Notes: a model not told the origin generated them from the sequence alone. Counted from the first letter of the stretch, positions 18,841 to 28,789 are shown. The stretch is 64,000 nt of DNA from Candidatus Hadarchaeales archaeon (GCA_038872135.1 JAVZGN010000003.1:1-64000); one strand, 5' to 3'. Numbers and translations: made by a program.

Positions 18841-20013
18841 ATGTTTCAAACGGGCAAGGCCTTCGAGCACATAGACAGGCTCTCCTATGAGATAGGCCCA
18901 AGACTTGCAGGGACCAGAGGGGAGCGCATGGGGGCAGATTATGTTCAGCAGCAGTTCAACGAGATGGGTCTCAAGCCGGAAATTCACCCCTTCACCTTCG
19001 TGAGTAGATGGTTGAAGAGAAAGGTTGCAGCGGTTGTCCTTTCAGCGGCCTTTCTTCTCTCTCTGGTCCTCTCCCCGCTGGTTTCCCTCATCCTCTGGGC
19101 CATTGCCTGCGCCAGCTGGTTTTTTCTTGATTTCCTCCTCCCAAGAAGAAAGAGCCAGAACATCGTCGTCAGGGTCGGTGATAAAAACGCTGAGAGAAGG
19201 GTTGCGCTTATGGCCCACATTGACACCGCCCCCTGCGGAAAAAGGGTTCATCCATCGGTAAAGATAATTGCGCCTCTCCTCGTCATAATTTTCCTCACAC
19301 TCCTTGCCGTCCGCCATTTCTATGGTCTCTCCAGATGGGAAGTGATTTGGCTCATCTGCGGAGCGGCAATCTTTCCTCTAACGGCGATGATTTTCAACAG
19401 CGGGAGGATAGGGAAGGTCTCCCCAGGCGCCAATGACGATGCCGCAGGTGTCGCCACCCTTTTAGAAGTCGCGCGGGCCTGGAAGGGAATCCTCCCCCAA
19501 AAAACTGAGGCCCTTTTCATCGTGACGGGGGGTGAGGAGGAAGGGCTCAAGGGTGCGAGATCCCTGGTCAGGGAAGGAACTGTCCCAAGAGACACTTGGA
19601 TTCTAAATCTCGATGGAATAGGGTTCGGCTCCCAGATGTACATCCTGGAAGGCAATGGGATAATTTTTCCCACCACCACAGACAAGGAAGTGAACAAGAT
19701 TCTCATGGAGGCGGCTGAGAGGGCGGGAGCCAAGCCAAGATACTGGTGGGCCCCCCTTGTGCGCCACGACCACATCCCTTTTGCGAAGGCGGGCTACAGA
19801 GCTACAACAATGACCTTCGACACCCCCTCCGAAAGACCCTGGAGATACTCCCGGCTCTTCAAGCTCCAGAACGCTAGGACGAGAGAATATCCGCACATCC
19901 ACCAGATGGAGGATCTCCCGGAAAAGCTCGATCCAAAGACAGTGGAGCTGGCCGGAGCAATTGCAATAGAGTTTTTAAAATCTGCGGGCGGAATAGTTCA
20001 GGCGGTAAAATGA
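18841..20013 (+). CDS. Membrane M28-family peptidase
   Basis: GPRLAGT, MAHIDT, GANDDAAG, GEEEG, NLDG, DH; internal TM helices. Confidence 0.85.
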   Translation: MFQTGKAFEHIDRLSYEIGPRLAGTRGERMGADYVQQQFNEMGLKPEIHPFTFVSRWLKRKVAAVVLSAAFLLSLVLSPLVSLILWAIACASWFFLDFLLPRRKSQNIVVRVGDKNAERRVALMAHIDTAPCGKRVHPSVKIIAPLLVIIFLTLLAVRHFYGLSRWEVIWLICGAAIFPLTAMIFNSGRIGKVSPGANDDAAGVATLLEVARAWKGILPQKTEALFIVTGGEEEGLKGARSLVREGTVPRDTWILNLDGIGFGSQMYILEGNGIIFPTTTDKEVNKILMEAAERAGAKPRYWWAPLVRHDHIPFAKAGYRATTMTFDTPSERPWRYSRLFKLQNARTREYPHIHQMEDLPEKLDPKTVELAGAIAIEFLKSAGGIVQAVK

Positions 20014-20501
20014 AGATTGGAGTGATGTCCGACACCCACGACAGGATCGATGCCGTCGAAAGAGCAGTAGATTTTTTCAATGGAGAAAATGTCGAGCACG
20101 TCCTCCACGCCGGGGATCTCGTTTCCCCATTCGTCGCCCCGAGGTTCTCCAGGCTGAAGGCAAAGCTCTACTATGTGTGGGGGAACAACGAGGGCGACAG
20201 AGAGTTCATCACCACAAAGTTCTCGGAGATCGGGGTGAAGCCTTTGGGAAATTTCGCATCGCTGTTCCTTGGTGGCAGGAAAATCGCCCTTCTCCACGGA
20301 ACCCACGAGGAAATCGTCGGCGCGCTTCAGAGATCCAAGCTCTTCGATGTGATCGTCCGCGGGCACACCCATCGGGCAGAGGTGAAGACTGGGGAGACCC
20401 TGGTGATCAACCCCGGCGAGGTCTGCGGGTACCTCACAGGCAGAAAAACGGTGGCTCTCCTAGATCTCTCAGCACTCTCGGCGGAAATCGTCGAGATATA
20501 G
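20010..20501 (+). CDS. Metallophosphoesterase (MJ0936/YfcE family)
   Basis: SDTH, HAGD, GNNE, HG, GHTH, NPG. Confidence 0.92.
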   Translation: MKIGVMSDTHDRIDAVERAVDFFNGENVEHVLHAGDLVSPFVAPRFSRLKAKLYYVWGNNEGDREFITTKFSEIGVKPLGNFASLFLGGRKIALLHGTHEEIVGALQRSKLFDVIVRGHTHRAEVKTGETLVINPGEVCGYLTGRKTVALLDLSALSAEIVEI

Positions 20502-20543
20502 ATAACTTTTAACGGAAAGGCACAAAATCGGCTTGGTGGAGAA

Positions 20544-21533
20544 GTGATAGAGCTCTTCATCCTCATCGTGGGCTTTTTTGTAGCTTGGAACATTGGCGCC
20601 AACGACACGGCAAACCATGTCGGCGTGGCCGTCGGAAGCAGGATCCTCTCCTACAGGAGGGCCATCGCTCTCGTGATAATCTTTGTTATCCTCGGGGCCA
20701 TCCTCGAGGGTTTTAAAAACATGCAGACGGTTGGGAAGGGGATAATAATCCCGGGACCAAGCGGCGTCAACCCCCTCAAGGACGTTCCCCAGGCAGCCCT
20801 CTCTGCAATGCTCGCGGCCAGCATCTGGGTCTTCATTGCCACAGTTCTAGGGCTCCCCATTTCAACTTCCCAGTCGATGGTCGGCGGGGTGATCGGCGCC
20901 GGTCTTGTGATAACGATGGCGCATCCAGACATCGGCGCAACCATCCAATATTCAAAGCTTGGGGCGATCGCCGTCTCCTGGGTTCTGAACCCATTACTCG
21001 CCGCGCTTTGGGCCCTCCTGATATCAAAAGCTGTGACTCAGCTCCTCAGGAGGATAAAGAACATCGTCCTCTTCAACCAGGTTCTCTCAGCCCTCGTGAT
21101 CATCGCCTCCGCCTACAGCGCATATGTGATGGGGGCCAACGATGTGGGAACATCAACGGGAGCGATCTACGGGAGCCTTGGCGGTTCAATGGAGCTTGTA
21201 GCATTTTTCGGTGCGGTTGCCCTCTGCGTTGGAACCATCACCTTCAGCAGGCGGGTCATTCACACAGTTGGGACGGGGATAACTGAACTCCACCCAGCAA
21301 CAGCTTTCGCCGCACAGTTCGCCACAGCCCTCACCGTCTGGTCTTTTGTCCAGTTTGGCATGCCCGTCTCTACATCTCAGGCGATTGTGGGGGGAGTGGC
21401 TGGAGCAGGTCTAGCAAAGGGCGCGGGAATGGTGAGCAAGAAGAAGCTTTTCCAGATATTCACGGCGTGGGTTGTGACGCCACTGGTCGCATGCGCCCTC
21501 TCCCTTGGCTTCGGGTGGTTGCTGCTGAGGTGA
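20544..21533 (+). CDS. Inorganic phosphate transporter, PiT family
   Basis: Two GANDxA/G motifs and two PxSTSQ motifs. Confidence 0.92.
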   Translation: MIELFILIVGFFVAWNIGANDTANHVGVAVGSRILSYRRAIALVIIFVILGAILEGFKNMQTVGKGIIIPGPSGVNPLKDVPQAALSAMLAASIWVFIATVLGLPISTSQSMVGGVIGAGLVITMAHPDIGATIQYSKLGAIAVSWVLNPLLAALWALLISKAVTQLLRRIKNIVLFNQVLSALVIIASAYSAYVMGANDVGTSTGAIYGSLGGSMELVAFFGAVALCVGTITFSRRVIHTVGTGITELHPATAFAAQFATALTVWSFVQFGMPVSTSQAIVGGVAGAGLAKGAGMVSKKKLFQIFTAWVVTPLVACALSLGFGWLLLR

Positions 21534-21538
21534 TTGGG

Positions 21539-21685
21539 ATGGAGAGCTGGGAAATCCTCTACATCGGCGTCCTTCTAATCGGCCTTTTGCTGGGGTGGTT
21601 AATTTCACCATACATCGGCGCAGCTTTTGTATGGGGGCTTGTGATTCTCCTAGAATTTCTATTTTCCAGAAAGGCTAAGCGGTGA
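21539..21685 (+). CDS. Small two-TM membrane protein
   Basis: MESWEILYIGVLLIGLLLGWLISPYIGAAFVWGLVILLEFLFSRKAKR directly after the PiT gene. Confidence 0.55.
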   Translation: MESWEILYIGVLLIGLLLGWLISPYIGAAFVWGLVILLEFLFSRKAKR

Positions 21686-22382
21686 TGGTCATCGCCAGGA
21701 TTGTCATCGAGTCGCTCATGTCTTCAGCGCGGTCTGTGATGTTCCCAAACCTTCTTATAAACTCGATGAGTTGGAAGACGCTGAGGGGGTCAAACAACTT
21801 CTCCAGCTCATAAATGTCGTTGATGAGTGATCCCTCGATCAGATCGACCTGATGCTCTAGGTTGTCAACATCTCTGGCTTTTCGCAGGGCATCGTCGATG
21901 TTGGCGGTTAGGGCCTCAACAGCTTCCTGAAGGAGCTCAACAGTTTCTGTTGTGGTTCCGGCCATTTTCCTCAGCCTGTCCTTTATGTCTTCGATTTTCC
22001 TGCTCTTTTTTCCAGCCTTTTTCAGAGCATCGAAAAGCTGCTTTCTTATCAAAAGAACCCTCATCGCCCCCTCAGCAGTGTCCGCCACCCTATCAAGCCT
22101 TTCAGCGAGCCAGGCTAGGTCTCCACGGAAGGCCGGGAGGAATGCTCCCTGGCTCAGCATTGCTATGAAATCCCTTCGCCCGCCGTCGGCTTTTGTCTCA
22201 AGCTTCGACAGCTCCCTCCCGAGACATTCGGCCTTCTTGATGTCACCGTCAGTGAAATAGGCCTTGACCACCTCCTCAAATTTCCTAACGACCTCTGTGA
22301 CAGCTTTTGCATTGTTTTTCAGAATTTCAAGTGCTTTCTGTTCGTTTTTCCCACCAATAATTGAAACGGCGAATACTTCCAA
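21675..22382 (-). CDS. DUF47/PhoU-like phosphate transport regulator
   Basis: LETKAD..AFLP, LDRVAD, LEHQVD, ITDRAED; adjacent to PiT. Confidence 0.88.
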   Translation of the reverse strand: MEVFAVSIIGGKNEQKALEILKNNAKAVTEVVRKFEEVVKAYFTDGDIKKAECLGRELSKLETKADGGRRDFIAMLSQGAFLPAFRGDLAWLAERLDRVADTAEGAMRVLLIRKQLFDALKKAGKKSRKIEDIKDRLRKMAGTTTETVELLQEAVEALTANIDDALRKARDVDNLEHQVDLIEGSLINDIYELEKLFDPLSVFQLIEFIRRFGNITDRAEDMSDSMTILAMTITA

Positions 22383-22401
22383 GGGAACACCTTCAGGGTT
22401 A

Positions 22402-22941
22402 TTATACCTCCTTCTTATAAAAACTTACCCTCCTCGGTTTTCTCAAGAGCTTTGATCCACACACCTCGCACTCTCTCTTCGTGGGTAGATACCACTTCTT
22501 GCAGGCCACGCAGTAGCCTCTCCAGATGAACCTGGCTTTTATTCCCTTCATCACTACACTCCTGCATCTTATGCCCAGAGAAACCGCAATGTTCTGAATA
22601 GCATAATCATCGGTCAGCAACATCCCATCCTCCCGGTGGTCAAGGGCTAGGGCGAGCAGTCTAATATCTGTGGTCGACAGGCGATCCCCAGTTTTCCTCA
22701 CCTCCTCCTCAACCCTGTTGAGGGACTCCGGCGAAGGCTCCCTTATTTTTATTTTTTCAGAAGCAATCGCTGCCTCCATCTTCAGCTTGGTGAGAGTTGC
22801 CCTGGCTTCCTCAAGAACCTCTTTGACAGTGAGGATTTCTGCCGTCGACATTGAGGGAGTGAACCCCCCGATGATGGCGGAAGTGTCCAGGATGAAAATC
22901 TTTAAAGCTTTTCCCTCAGCGATGAATAGAAGTCCCTCCAA
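22402..22941 (-). CDS. nob1: Nob1-like rRNA processing endonuclease (PIN + Zn ribbon)
   Basis: ILDTSAII, LSTTD, TDDYAIQN, CxxC..CxxCG; exact start uncertain. Confidence 0.88.
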   Translation of the reverse strand: MEGLLFIAEGKALKIFILDTSAIIGGFTPSMSTAEILTVKEVLEEARATLTKLKMEAAIASEKIKIREPSPESLNRVEEEVRKTGDRLSTTDIRLLALALDHREDGMLLTDDYAIQNIAVSLGIRCRSVVMKGIKARFIWRGYCVACKKWYLPTKRECEVCGSKLLRKPRRVSFYKKEV

Positions 22942-23690
22942 GCGTAAAATCTCGCTTTCCTTTCAGATCTTGTAACGGCGATTTTCTCCCCGCGCACAAG
23001 TTTGCCGGCGATTTTTCCGTCCACAAGCACGATGGCATCTCGATTGTCTCTCGTGGGCTCAATCAACACCTCCTCCTCCGCAGGAATGACCATCGGCTGA
23101 AAACTTCTCCCACACGGACAAATTGATGTCAGAACCATCCCATCGATTTCCGGAGCCACTATCGGCCCATTTGCAGCAAGAGAATACCCTGTGCTCCCAG
23201 TTGGCGTCGCCACAATAAATCCATCCCCAACAACTTCACCGAGGTCTCTCTCTCCAACGCTCACCCTCAAAGCCACAGTTTTCCCGGTTTTCGCAGAGAT
23301 CACACAAACCTCGTTTAGGGCATCCGGCAGCCTCCTCCCTTTCAGGATAGATTTTAGCATCATCACCTCCTTGAGTTCAAGTTTTCCAGATATCATCTCT
23401 CTCACAGCCTTTTCCATCTCCTTCGGCTCAACCTGCGCGAGGAAACCCCTTCCGCCGAGATGAATTCCAAGGATAGGGGCACCGCGGGCGACGGCTACAG
23501 CGCGTAGCACCGTTCCATCCCCGCCAGCGGCAATCACAGCATCGAGCTTTCCCGCGGCTCGGGAACCCTGCGCAAGCTTTTCCGCCAGCTCCCCCCCAAT
23601 CACGATCTCATGACCCTTCAAGAGAGCCACAAGTTTTTTAGCAACCTTCACAGTTTCTCTGTCTCCATGCCCGATAATCATTATCCGCAT
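22902..23690 (-). CDS. nadK: NAD kinase
   Basis: GGDGTVL, GFL, ALNE, DGFIVATPTGSTGYSLA. Confidence 0.93.
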   Translation of the reverse strand: MRIMIIGHGDRETVKVAKKLVALLKGHEIVIGGELAEKLAQGSRAAGKLDAVIAAGGDGTVLRAVAVARGAPILGIHLGGRGFLAQVEPKEMEKAVREMISGKLELKEVMMLKSILKGRRLPDALNEVCVISAKTGKTVALRVSVGERDLGEVVGDGFIVATPTGSTGYSLAANGPIVAPEIDGMVLTSICPCGRSFQPMVIPAEEEVLIEPTRDNRDAIVLVDGKIAGKLVRGEKIAVTRSERKARFYAWRDFYSSLREKL

Positions 23691-23789
23691 GCTCCCTCCA
23701 TAATCTACCCCGCCGGCGTTTAAAACATGAACCAGCCCAGCAGCACCATCTTTTTAAAACCCCGGAGGTTATGAAAAAGAGGTGGAGAG

Positions 23790-24185
23790 ATGGCAAGAGA
23801 AGTCACCGAAGTCGGGAAATTGAAGGAGGGAAGATTCATAATAATTGACAATGAGCCATGCAGGATAGTTGGCTTCACAACTTCCGCTCCGGGAAAGCAC
23901 GGGCACGCTAAGGCCAAGATCGACGCTATCGGGCTTTTCGACTCACAGAAATACACGATCGTCCGCCCGACCAGCGCCACAATTGAAGTTCCTGTGATCG
24001 AAAGAGGAAGTGCGCAGGTCCTAGCGGTTGTTGAAAATAACGCCCAGCTGATGGACCTTGTGACCTATGAAACCTTTGAACTCCCGATTCCGATAAACCT
24101 CAGGGGAGAGGTCAAAGAAGGCGTGGAAGTCGAGTATATCCAAGCTCTTGGAAGAAGAAAAATAGAAAGAGTAAAAAGTGGTTAG
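23790..24185 (+). CDS. eif5a: Translation factor aIF-5A
   Basis: SAPGKHGHAK hypusine motif. Confidence 0.97.
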   Translation: MAREVTEVGKLKEGRFIIIDNEPCRIVGFTTSAPGKHGHAKAKIDAIGLFDSQKYTIVRPTSATIEVPVIERGSAQVLAVVENNAQLMDLVTYETFELPIPINLRGEVKEGVEVEYIQALGRRKIERVKSG

Positions 24186-24203
24186 AGTTTTGCTGGAAGC
24201 TGT

Positions 24204-24368
24204 TTAAACGTCACAGCCCCTCAGAGTTTTTCTGCCGTTGGCCTTTGCCCTTTCGATAGCTCTCTTGCATCTTCTCTGAATGAGCGCATCGAGTTCTGTG
24301 AAGAAGTCCTCGCTCGCCCTCATGCCCTTCAGCAATCCTCTAACAGCAGATTTCACGATGTACGCCAT
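24204..24368 (-). CDS. Short histone-fold protein (face-to-face/HTkC-like type), 54 aa
   Basis: Manual translation MAYIVKSAVRGLLKGMRASEDFFTELDALIQRRCKRAIERAKANGRKTLRGCDV; GGAGGTG RBS; RAxxxGRKT..D histone signature. Confidence 0.88.
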   Translation of the reverse strand: MAYIVKSAVRGLLKGMRASEDFFTELDALIQRRCKRAIERAKANGRKTLRGCDV

Positions 24369-24469
24369 ATCTACACCTCCATTATCGGTGTAGCATTAAC
24401 TCGCGGCTATTTAAAATTATGGAGAAGGGTCCTTTACGAGGATTTGACTCGTTCATCAAGCTACCTCAG

Positions 24470-24766
24470 TCATAGAAAGAAAGAGCCCCCGGCAACAGGC
24501 GGGAATATGGCCACGCTGTCTCCATCTTTCAGCTTTGTGTCTAACCCATTCATAACAGCAATCGCCTGTCCGTTGACAAAGATGTTCGTGGCGGTTCTGA
24601 GTTTTTTTGTCCCCGGCTCCTCATAGAGGAGCTTGGAGAAATTTTCTCCAAATTTTTCCACGAGGATGTCCAAGAGCTCTCCAACCGTTTTGGCGCCGGG
24701 AATCTCAAGCTGGCCGGTTCCAGCGGCCTCTCTGAAGTTGGCGAAAAGCCGGACCGTTATCCCCAA
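24470..24766 (-). CDS. MoaD/SAMP1-like ubiquitin-fold sulfur carrier with C-terminal extension
   Basis: VRLFANFRE..IFVNG..LKDGDSVAIFPPVAGG-SFFL. Confidence 0.9.
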   Translation of the reverse strand: MGITVRLFANFREAAGTGQLEIPGAKTVGELLDILVEKFGENFSKLLYEEPGTKKLRTATNIFVNGQAIAVMNGLDTKLKDGDSVAIFPPVAGGSFFL

Positions 24767-24773
24767 AAACCAC

Positions 24774-24995
24774 CTACCTCCCGGAAATTTTTTTATTCAA
24801 ATCTTCGATGAGAGCCTTGGAATCTATCCCATACGCCCGCGCAACCTCGCCTATCTTCAGCTCTCCGATTTCCATCGCGGCCATTGGGCAGAAGAGGCAC
24901 GGAAGGCGGTATTTCTGAAGGATTTCAACGGCCCCCGGATAGCTCATTACCTCCTGGAGGGTTGTCTCTTCGGTTATTTCATTCTGTTGAGTCAA
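24774..24995 (-). CDS. DUF1858-like protein
   Basis: ITEETTLQEV..YP..CLFCPMAAME..YGID. Confidence 0.75.
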   Translation of the reverse strand: MTQQNEITEETTLQEVMSYPGAVEILQKYRLPCLFCPMAAMEIGELKIGEVARAYGIDSKALIEDLNKKISGR

Positions 24996-25302
24996 ATATC
25001 CACCTCAAGTAATCATTACTGCCCTCAGCAATATTAAATGCTACTATCGCTGGCACCTCATAGGAATGTAGCTCTTTGATCCTCGAGATGATTTTCCTCA
25101 CCAGCTCACTCCTAGTTTTCAGGATGACCGCAAATTCTTTCGCCTTCTCAACTTTTCCTTTCCACCGATAAACGGAGGAGATGGGGAAGATATTTGCGCA
25201 TGCTACAAGCTTCTCAGAAACAAGGGTTTCTGCGATTTTCCCCGCTTCGCCCCAGCTGCCGCAGGTTGTATAGACCACAGCAAAAGCCTTTTTCGCCATC
25301 AC
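24979..25302 (-). CDS. cutA: Divalent cation tolerance protein CutA
   Basis: LVACAN..SVYRWKG..HSYEVP. Confidence 0.93.
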   Translation of the reverse strand: MMAKKAFAVVYTTCGSWGEAGKIAETLVSEKLVACANIFPISSVYRWKGKVEKAKEFAVILKTRSELVRKIISRIKELHSYEVPAIVAFNIAEGSNDYLRWIFDSTE

Positions 25303-25368
25303 TGAAAAATCTCCACTGGCGGTATAAAAACAAGCTCTTTAACCCTTGAGGAAAGTTTTTGGGAGAGA

Positions 25369-25803
25369 ATGAATTGGGTGGTTTTCCTTCTGAGCCTCGT
25401 CCCTTTCCTTGAGCTCAGGGCAGCCATCCCAGCGGCTCTTCTCGCTGGTTACGACCTAGCGTTTGCATTTACCATCTCTACCATCCTCAACCTCCTTGTG
25501 ATTCCCATCGCCTACCTTCTCCTCGATGCAATCGTCCCGCCGCTAAGGAGGAAGATGGAGATCGTGGGGAGAATTTACAGATGGTCGGAGAGGAGGGCAA
25601 AGAAGAGGAGGGGCATCACCCTCTTCGGGCTTTTCCTCTTTGTAGGAGTTCCACTGCCAGGCACAGGCGCTTACACCGGGACGCTGGTGGCCCATGTTCT
25701 GGGACTAAAGCGATGGTGGGCAGCGGCCTCCATCTCAGCAGGCGTCATCTTTGCGGGATCAATTCTCTCGGCCTTGATCCTTTTTGGAGTTTTGATCATT
25801 TGA
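25369..25803 (+). CDS. Putative small multidrug export protein (COG2426-like)
   Basis: PFLELRAAIP, FVGVPLPGTGAYTG. Confidence 0.85.
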   Translation: MNWVVFLLSLVPFLELRAAIPAALLAGYDLAFAFTISTILNLLVIPIAYLLLDAIVPPLRRKMEIVGRIYRWSERRAKKRRGITLFGLFLFVGVPLPGTGAYTGTLVAHVLGLKRWWAAASISAGVIFAGSILSALILFGVLII

Positions 25804-25984
25804 AATCGCTGTCTGGAAAATCAGTGACAGTGACGACAACCACCAGAATAATGACAGCTAGCACAAGTTTTTCGTTTACAATCAAAATCGATGGTTAATG
25901 GTAGCCTGAGTTCTTACCGAATTTGGCGAACTCCGCCCTCGAGCCCAGAGTTTTAAACCGAAAGAGGCAGAGTATTTTGAGTTC

Positions 25985-26419
25985 ATGACGTGGGAGTGCA
26001 AGCCCGGAAAATCGATTGTGGCGCGCCTACCGTATGGAGAGGACATCATAAAGTCAATCACCTCTGTGGTGAGAGAGAAAAAAATTTCCCTCGCCCACTT
26101 CACGGTTGTCGGTGCGCTGAAGAGAGCAAAGATAGCCTATTACGACCAGGGAGCGAAGGAATATAAGGTGATTGAGATTCAGAGCCCTCATGAAATCGTC
26201 AGCTGTACAGGCAACATTTCAGTCTACAAGGGTGAGCCCTTCGTTCATGCCCATGTGGTTCTCGCCGATCACCAGGGTTTCACAAGGGGCGGGCATCTTC
26301 TAGAGGGAACGATTTTCGCCGCAGAGCTCCACCTCCAGGAACTGGAGGGACCGAGGCTCGAGCGTTCCCCGGACAAAACTACTGGCCTTGTACTTTGGAG
26401 GGAGGAGAGATCTCTGTGA
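25985..26419 (+). CDS. PPC/DUF296 domain protein
   Basis: EIVSCTGNIS..FVHAHV..GGHL. Confidence 0.88.
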   Translation: MTWECKPGKSIVARLPYGEDIIKSITSVVREKKISLAHFTVVGALKRAKIAYYDQGAKEYKVIEIQSPHEIVSCTGNISVYKGEPFVHAHVVLADHQGFTRGGHLLEGTIFAAELHLQELEGPRLERSPDKTTGLVLWREERSL

Positions 26420-27648
26420 GCGAGTTTGACCTTGTGATAAAAAACGCCCGGCTCAGGGAAGACCCGGCAAAACTTTTCACGATCGGGATTAGGGATGGGC
26501 GAATTGCCAGGATCTCCTCAGAGAAATCCTCAGGAGACAGAGAGCTCGACGCAAATGGCTGTCTCGTCACAGAGGCCTTCGTCAATCCCCACCTCCACAT
26601 GTGCAAGGTCTACACCCTGAAGATGATCGGGGAGGAGGCCATCAAGCTCTATCAGACGCCGGAAATGGGTACGGCGATGACGGCAATTGAGGTGGCCTCC
26701 GAGGTGAAGAGGAGGTATGATGCAAGCTGGATCTACGAGAATGCCAAGCGGGCGCTGATGCTCGCCCTAAAGCATGGGGTTCTCCACATCAGGGCATTTG
26801 TCGACACAGACACGAAGGCAAAGCTCGAAGGGATTAAGGCCCTCCTCAGGCTGAGGGATGATTTCAAGGATTTTGTGAAGATTCAGGTTGTTGCCTTCCC
26901 CCAGGATGGTGTTGTGAGAGATCCCGGGGCAGAAGAGATGGTGAGGAAAGCTGTGGAGATGGGTGCAGATGTTGTTGGCGGCATCCCCTGGATAGAGTTC
27001 ACAGATGAGGATGCTAAGAAACACGTTGACCTGATGTTCGACATCGCGAAAGAGTACAACAGGGATGTTGCGATGCTCACCGATGATGCGGGGGACGCCG
27101 GCCTGAGGACAACAGAAATGCTCGTCAGAAGAGCGATAAAGGAGGGATGGAAGGGAAGGGTTGAAATCTGCCACGCGAGGGCCATGCAGCTCTACCCCGA
27201 CCCCTACTTCCAGAAGCTTGCGGGCCTCCTGAAGCAGGCAGATGCGGGGGTTGTCTCAGACCCTCACACGGGCCCCCTCCACGCAAGGGTTCGGGAGCTT
27301 CTCAACGCAGGGGTGACAGTGGCCCTTGGGCAGGATGACATCGCAGACGCTTATTACCCCTACGGGAGGAACTGCATGCTTGAGGTGGCCTTCCTCGCCT
27401 CACACCTCCTCTGGATGACGACCTTCTCTGACATGGAGACCCTTTACAACATGATAACGAGGAACCCGGCCAAGATCTTGAGGGTCGATGGTTATGGACT
27501 CAGGGAAGGGTGCCGGGCTGATCTCGTTGTTCTAGGTGTTGAAAGCGTGTGGGATGCAATCGCCACTCAGGCCATCCCAAGATTCGTTGTGAGTGGCGGA
27601 AGGGTTGTTGCAGAGACCCACGAGACAACAGAGTATCATCTGAAATAG
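26416..27648 (+). CDS. Cytosine deaminase-like amidohydrolase
   Basis: FVNPHLH, VAFPQDG, VGGIP, ALGQDD..YYPYG. Confidence 0.85.
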   Translation: MSEFDLVIKNARLREDPAKLFTIGIRDGRIARISSEKSSGDRELDANGCLVTEAFVNPHLHMCKVYTLKMIGEEAIKLYQTPEMGTAMTAIEVASEVKRRYDASWIYENAKRALMLALKHGVLHIRAFVDTDTKAKLEGIKALLRLRDDFKDFVKIQVVAFPQDGVVRDPGAEEMVRKAVEMGADVVGGIPWIEFTDEDAKKHVDLMFDIAKEYNRDVAMLTDDAGDAGLRTTEMLVRRAIKEGWKGRVEICHARAMQLYPDPYFQKLAGLLKQADAGVVSDPHTGPLHARVRELLNAGVTVALGQDDIADAYYPYGRNCMLEVAFLASHLLWMTTFSDMETLYNMITRNPAKILRVDGYGLREGCRADLVVLGVESVWDAIATQAIPRFVVSGGRVVAETHETTEYHLK

Positions 27649-27663
27649 CCGCGGGGTATTGAG

Positions 27664-28776
27664 GTGTTCTTCCACCTCATCCTGACCTCTGAGTGCAACC
27701 TTCAGTGCAGCTACTGCCATGGAGAGGCTGTAGAAACTATCGGGGAAAATTTTGGATTTGATGTCGACTATTCTCTCCCCCCGAGAATCACCTACGATAT
27801 TTGCGAGCTGAAAAAATTCTGTGAAAAAGATCCCGAGTGCTCAGTGATTTTCTATGGGGGGGAACCTCTCATCTGCATCGAGGAGATGATGAGAGTGATG
27901 GATGAGGTAAAAGCGAAAAATTTCCTCCTTCAAACGAACGGGATTTTTCTGCACAAGCTCCCGCCGGAATATCTCAGAAGGCTCCACACAATCCTTGTGT
28001 CGATTGATGGTGGTGAAACAGTCACCGACCGACACCGTGGAAGAGGATGCTGGAAAAGAGTTATTGAAAATCTGCGGCTGACGAGAGAGAAGGGATTTGA
28101 AGGGGAGATAATTGCAAGGATGACGGTGATGGAGGGCGTCGACATTTACCGGGAGGTGAGGTGGCTCGTTGAAAATGACATCTTCCCATTCTCCTCTGTT
28201 CACTGGCAGCTCAACGCCGGCTTCTGGAGGGACTTTTCCAAAAGAAATTTTGAGAGGTGGATTTTGGAAAGCTACAATCCTGGAATTGAAAAGCTGGTTT
28301 CATGGTGGGTGGATGTGATGGAGGAAGGGAGAGTTTTGAAACTCTACCCATTTCTCGGGGTGGCTGCCTCGCTCCTTCTTTCAGAAAAGAGCAGGCTGCG
28401 GTGCGGGGCAGGATGGGCAAACTATGCTATCCAGACAGACGGTTACATCATCCCCTGCCCGTGTATGTGGGGAATGAAGGAGTTCTACCTTGGCCACATA
28501 TCTTCGAGCCACCCCCTAAAGCTGCGTGAGGTCGGTGTTGGAGCCCCATGCACCTCCTGCGATGTTTTCGACATTTGCGGCGGGAGATGTCTTTACGCGA
28601 ATGTTGTGAAGGCTTGGGATGAAAAGGAATATTCGGTTGTTTGTGAATCGGTCAAAAGAATGATTGGGGCACTGCAGGAAAAGTTGCCGGAGATAAAAGA
28701 GCTGATTGAGGCTGGTAGAATAAAGATGGACGATTTCAGTTATATGAAGTTCAACGGGTGTGAGATAATCCCATGA
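27664..28776 (+). CDS. Radical SAM/SPASM protein (AF0577/TIGR04084-like)
   Basis: CNLQCSYC, FYGGEPL, CGAG, IPCP, CTSC..CGGRC. Confidence 0.8.
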   Translation: MFFHLILTSECNLQCSYCHGEAVETIGENFGFDVDYSLPPRITYDICELKKFCEKDPECSVIFYGGEPLICIEEMMRVMDEVKAKNFLLQTNGIFLHKLPPEYLRRLHTILVSIDGGETVTDRHRGRGCWKRVIENLRLTREKGFEGEIIARMTVMEGVDIYREVRWLVENDIFPFSSVHWQLNAGFWRDFSKRNFERWILESYNPGIEKLVSWWVDVMEEGRVLKLYPFLGVAASLLLSEKSRLRCGAGWANYAIQTDGYIIPCPCMWGMKEFYLGHISSSHPLKLREVGVGAPCTSCDVFDICGGRCLYANVVKAWDEKEYSVVCESVKRMIGALQEKLPEIKELIEAGRIKMDDFSYMKFNGCEIIP

Positions 28777-28789
28777 GTGAAACTCCAGC

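Noticed and set aside
25798-25884. Tiny minus-strand hydrophobic ORF (..NEKLVLAVIILVVVVTV..)
   Set aside because: Under 30 codons with no supporting signals; at most a signal-peptide remnant
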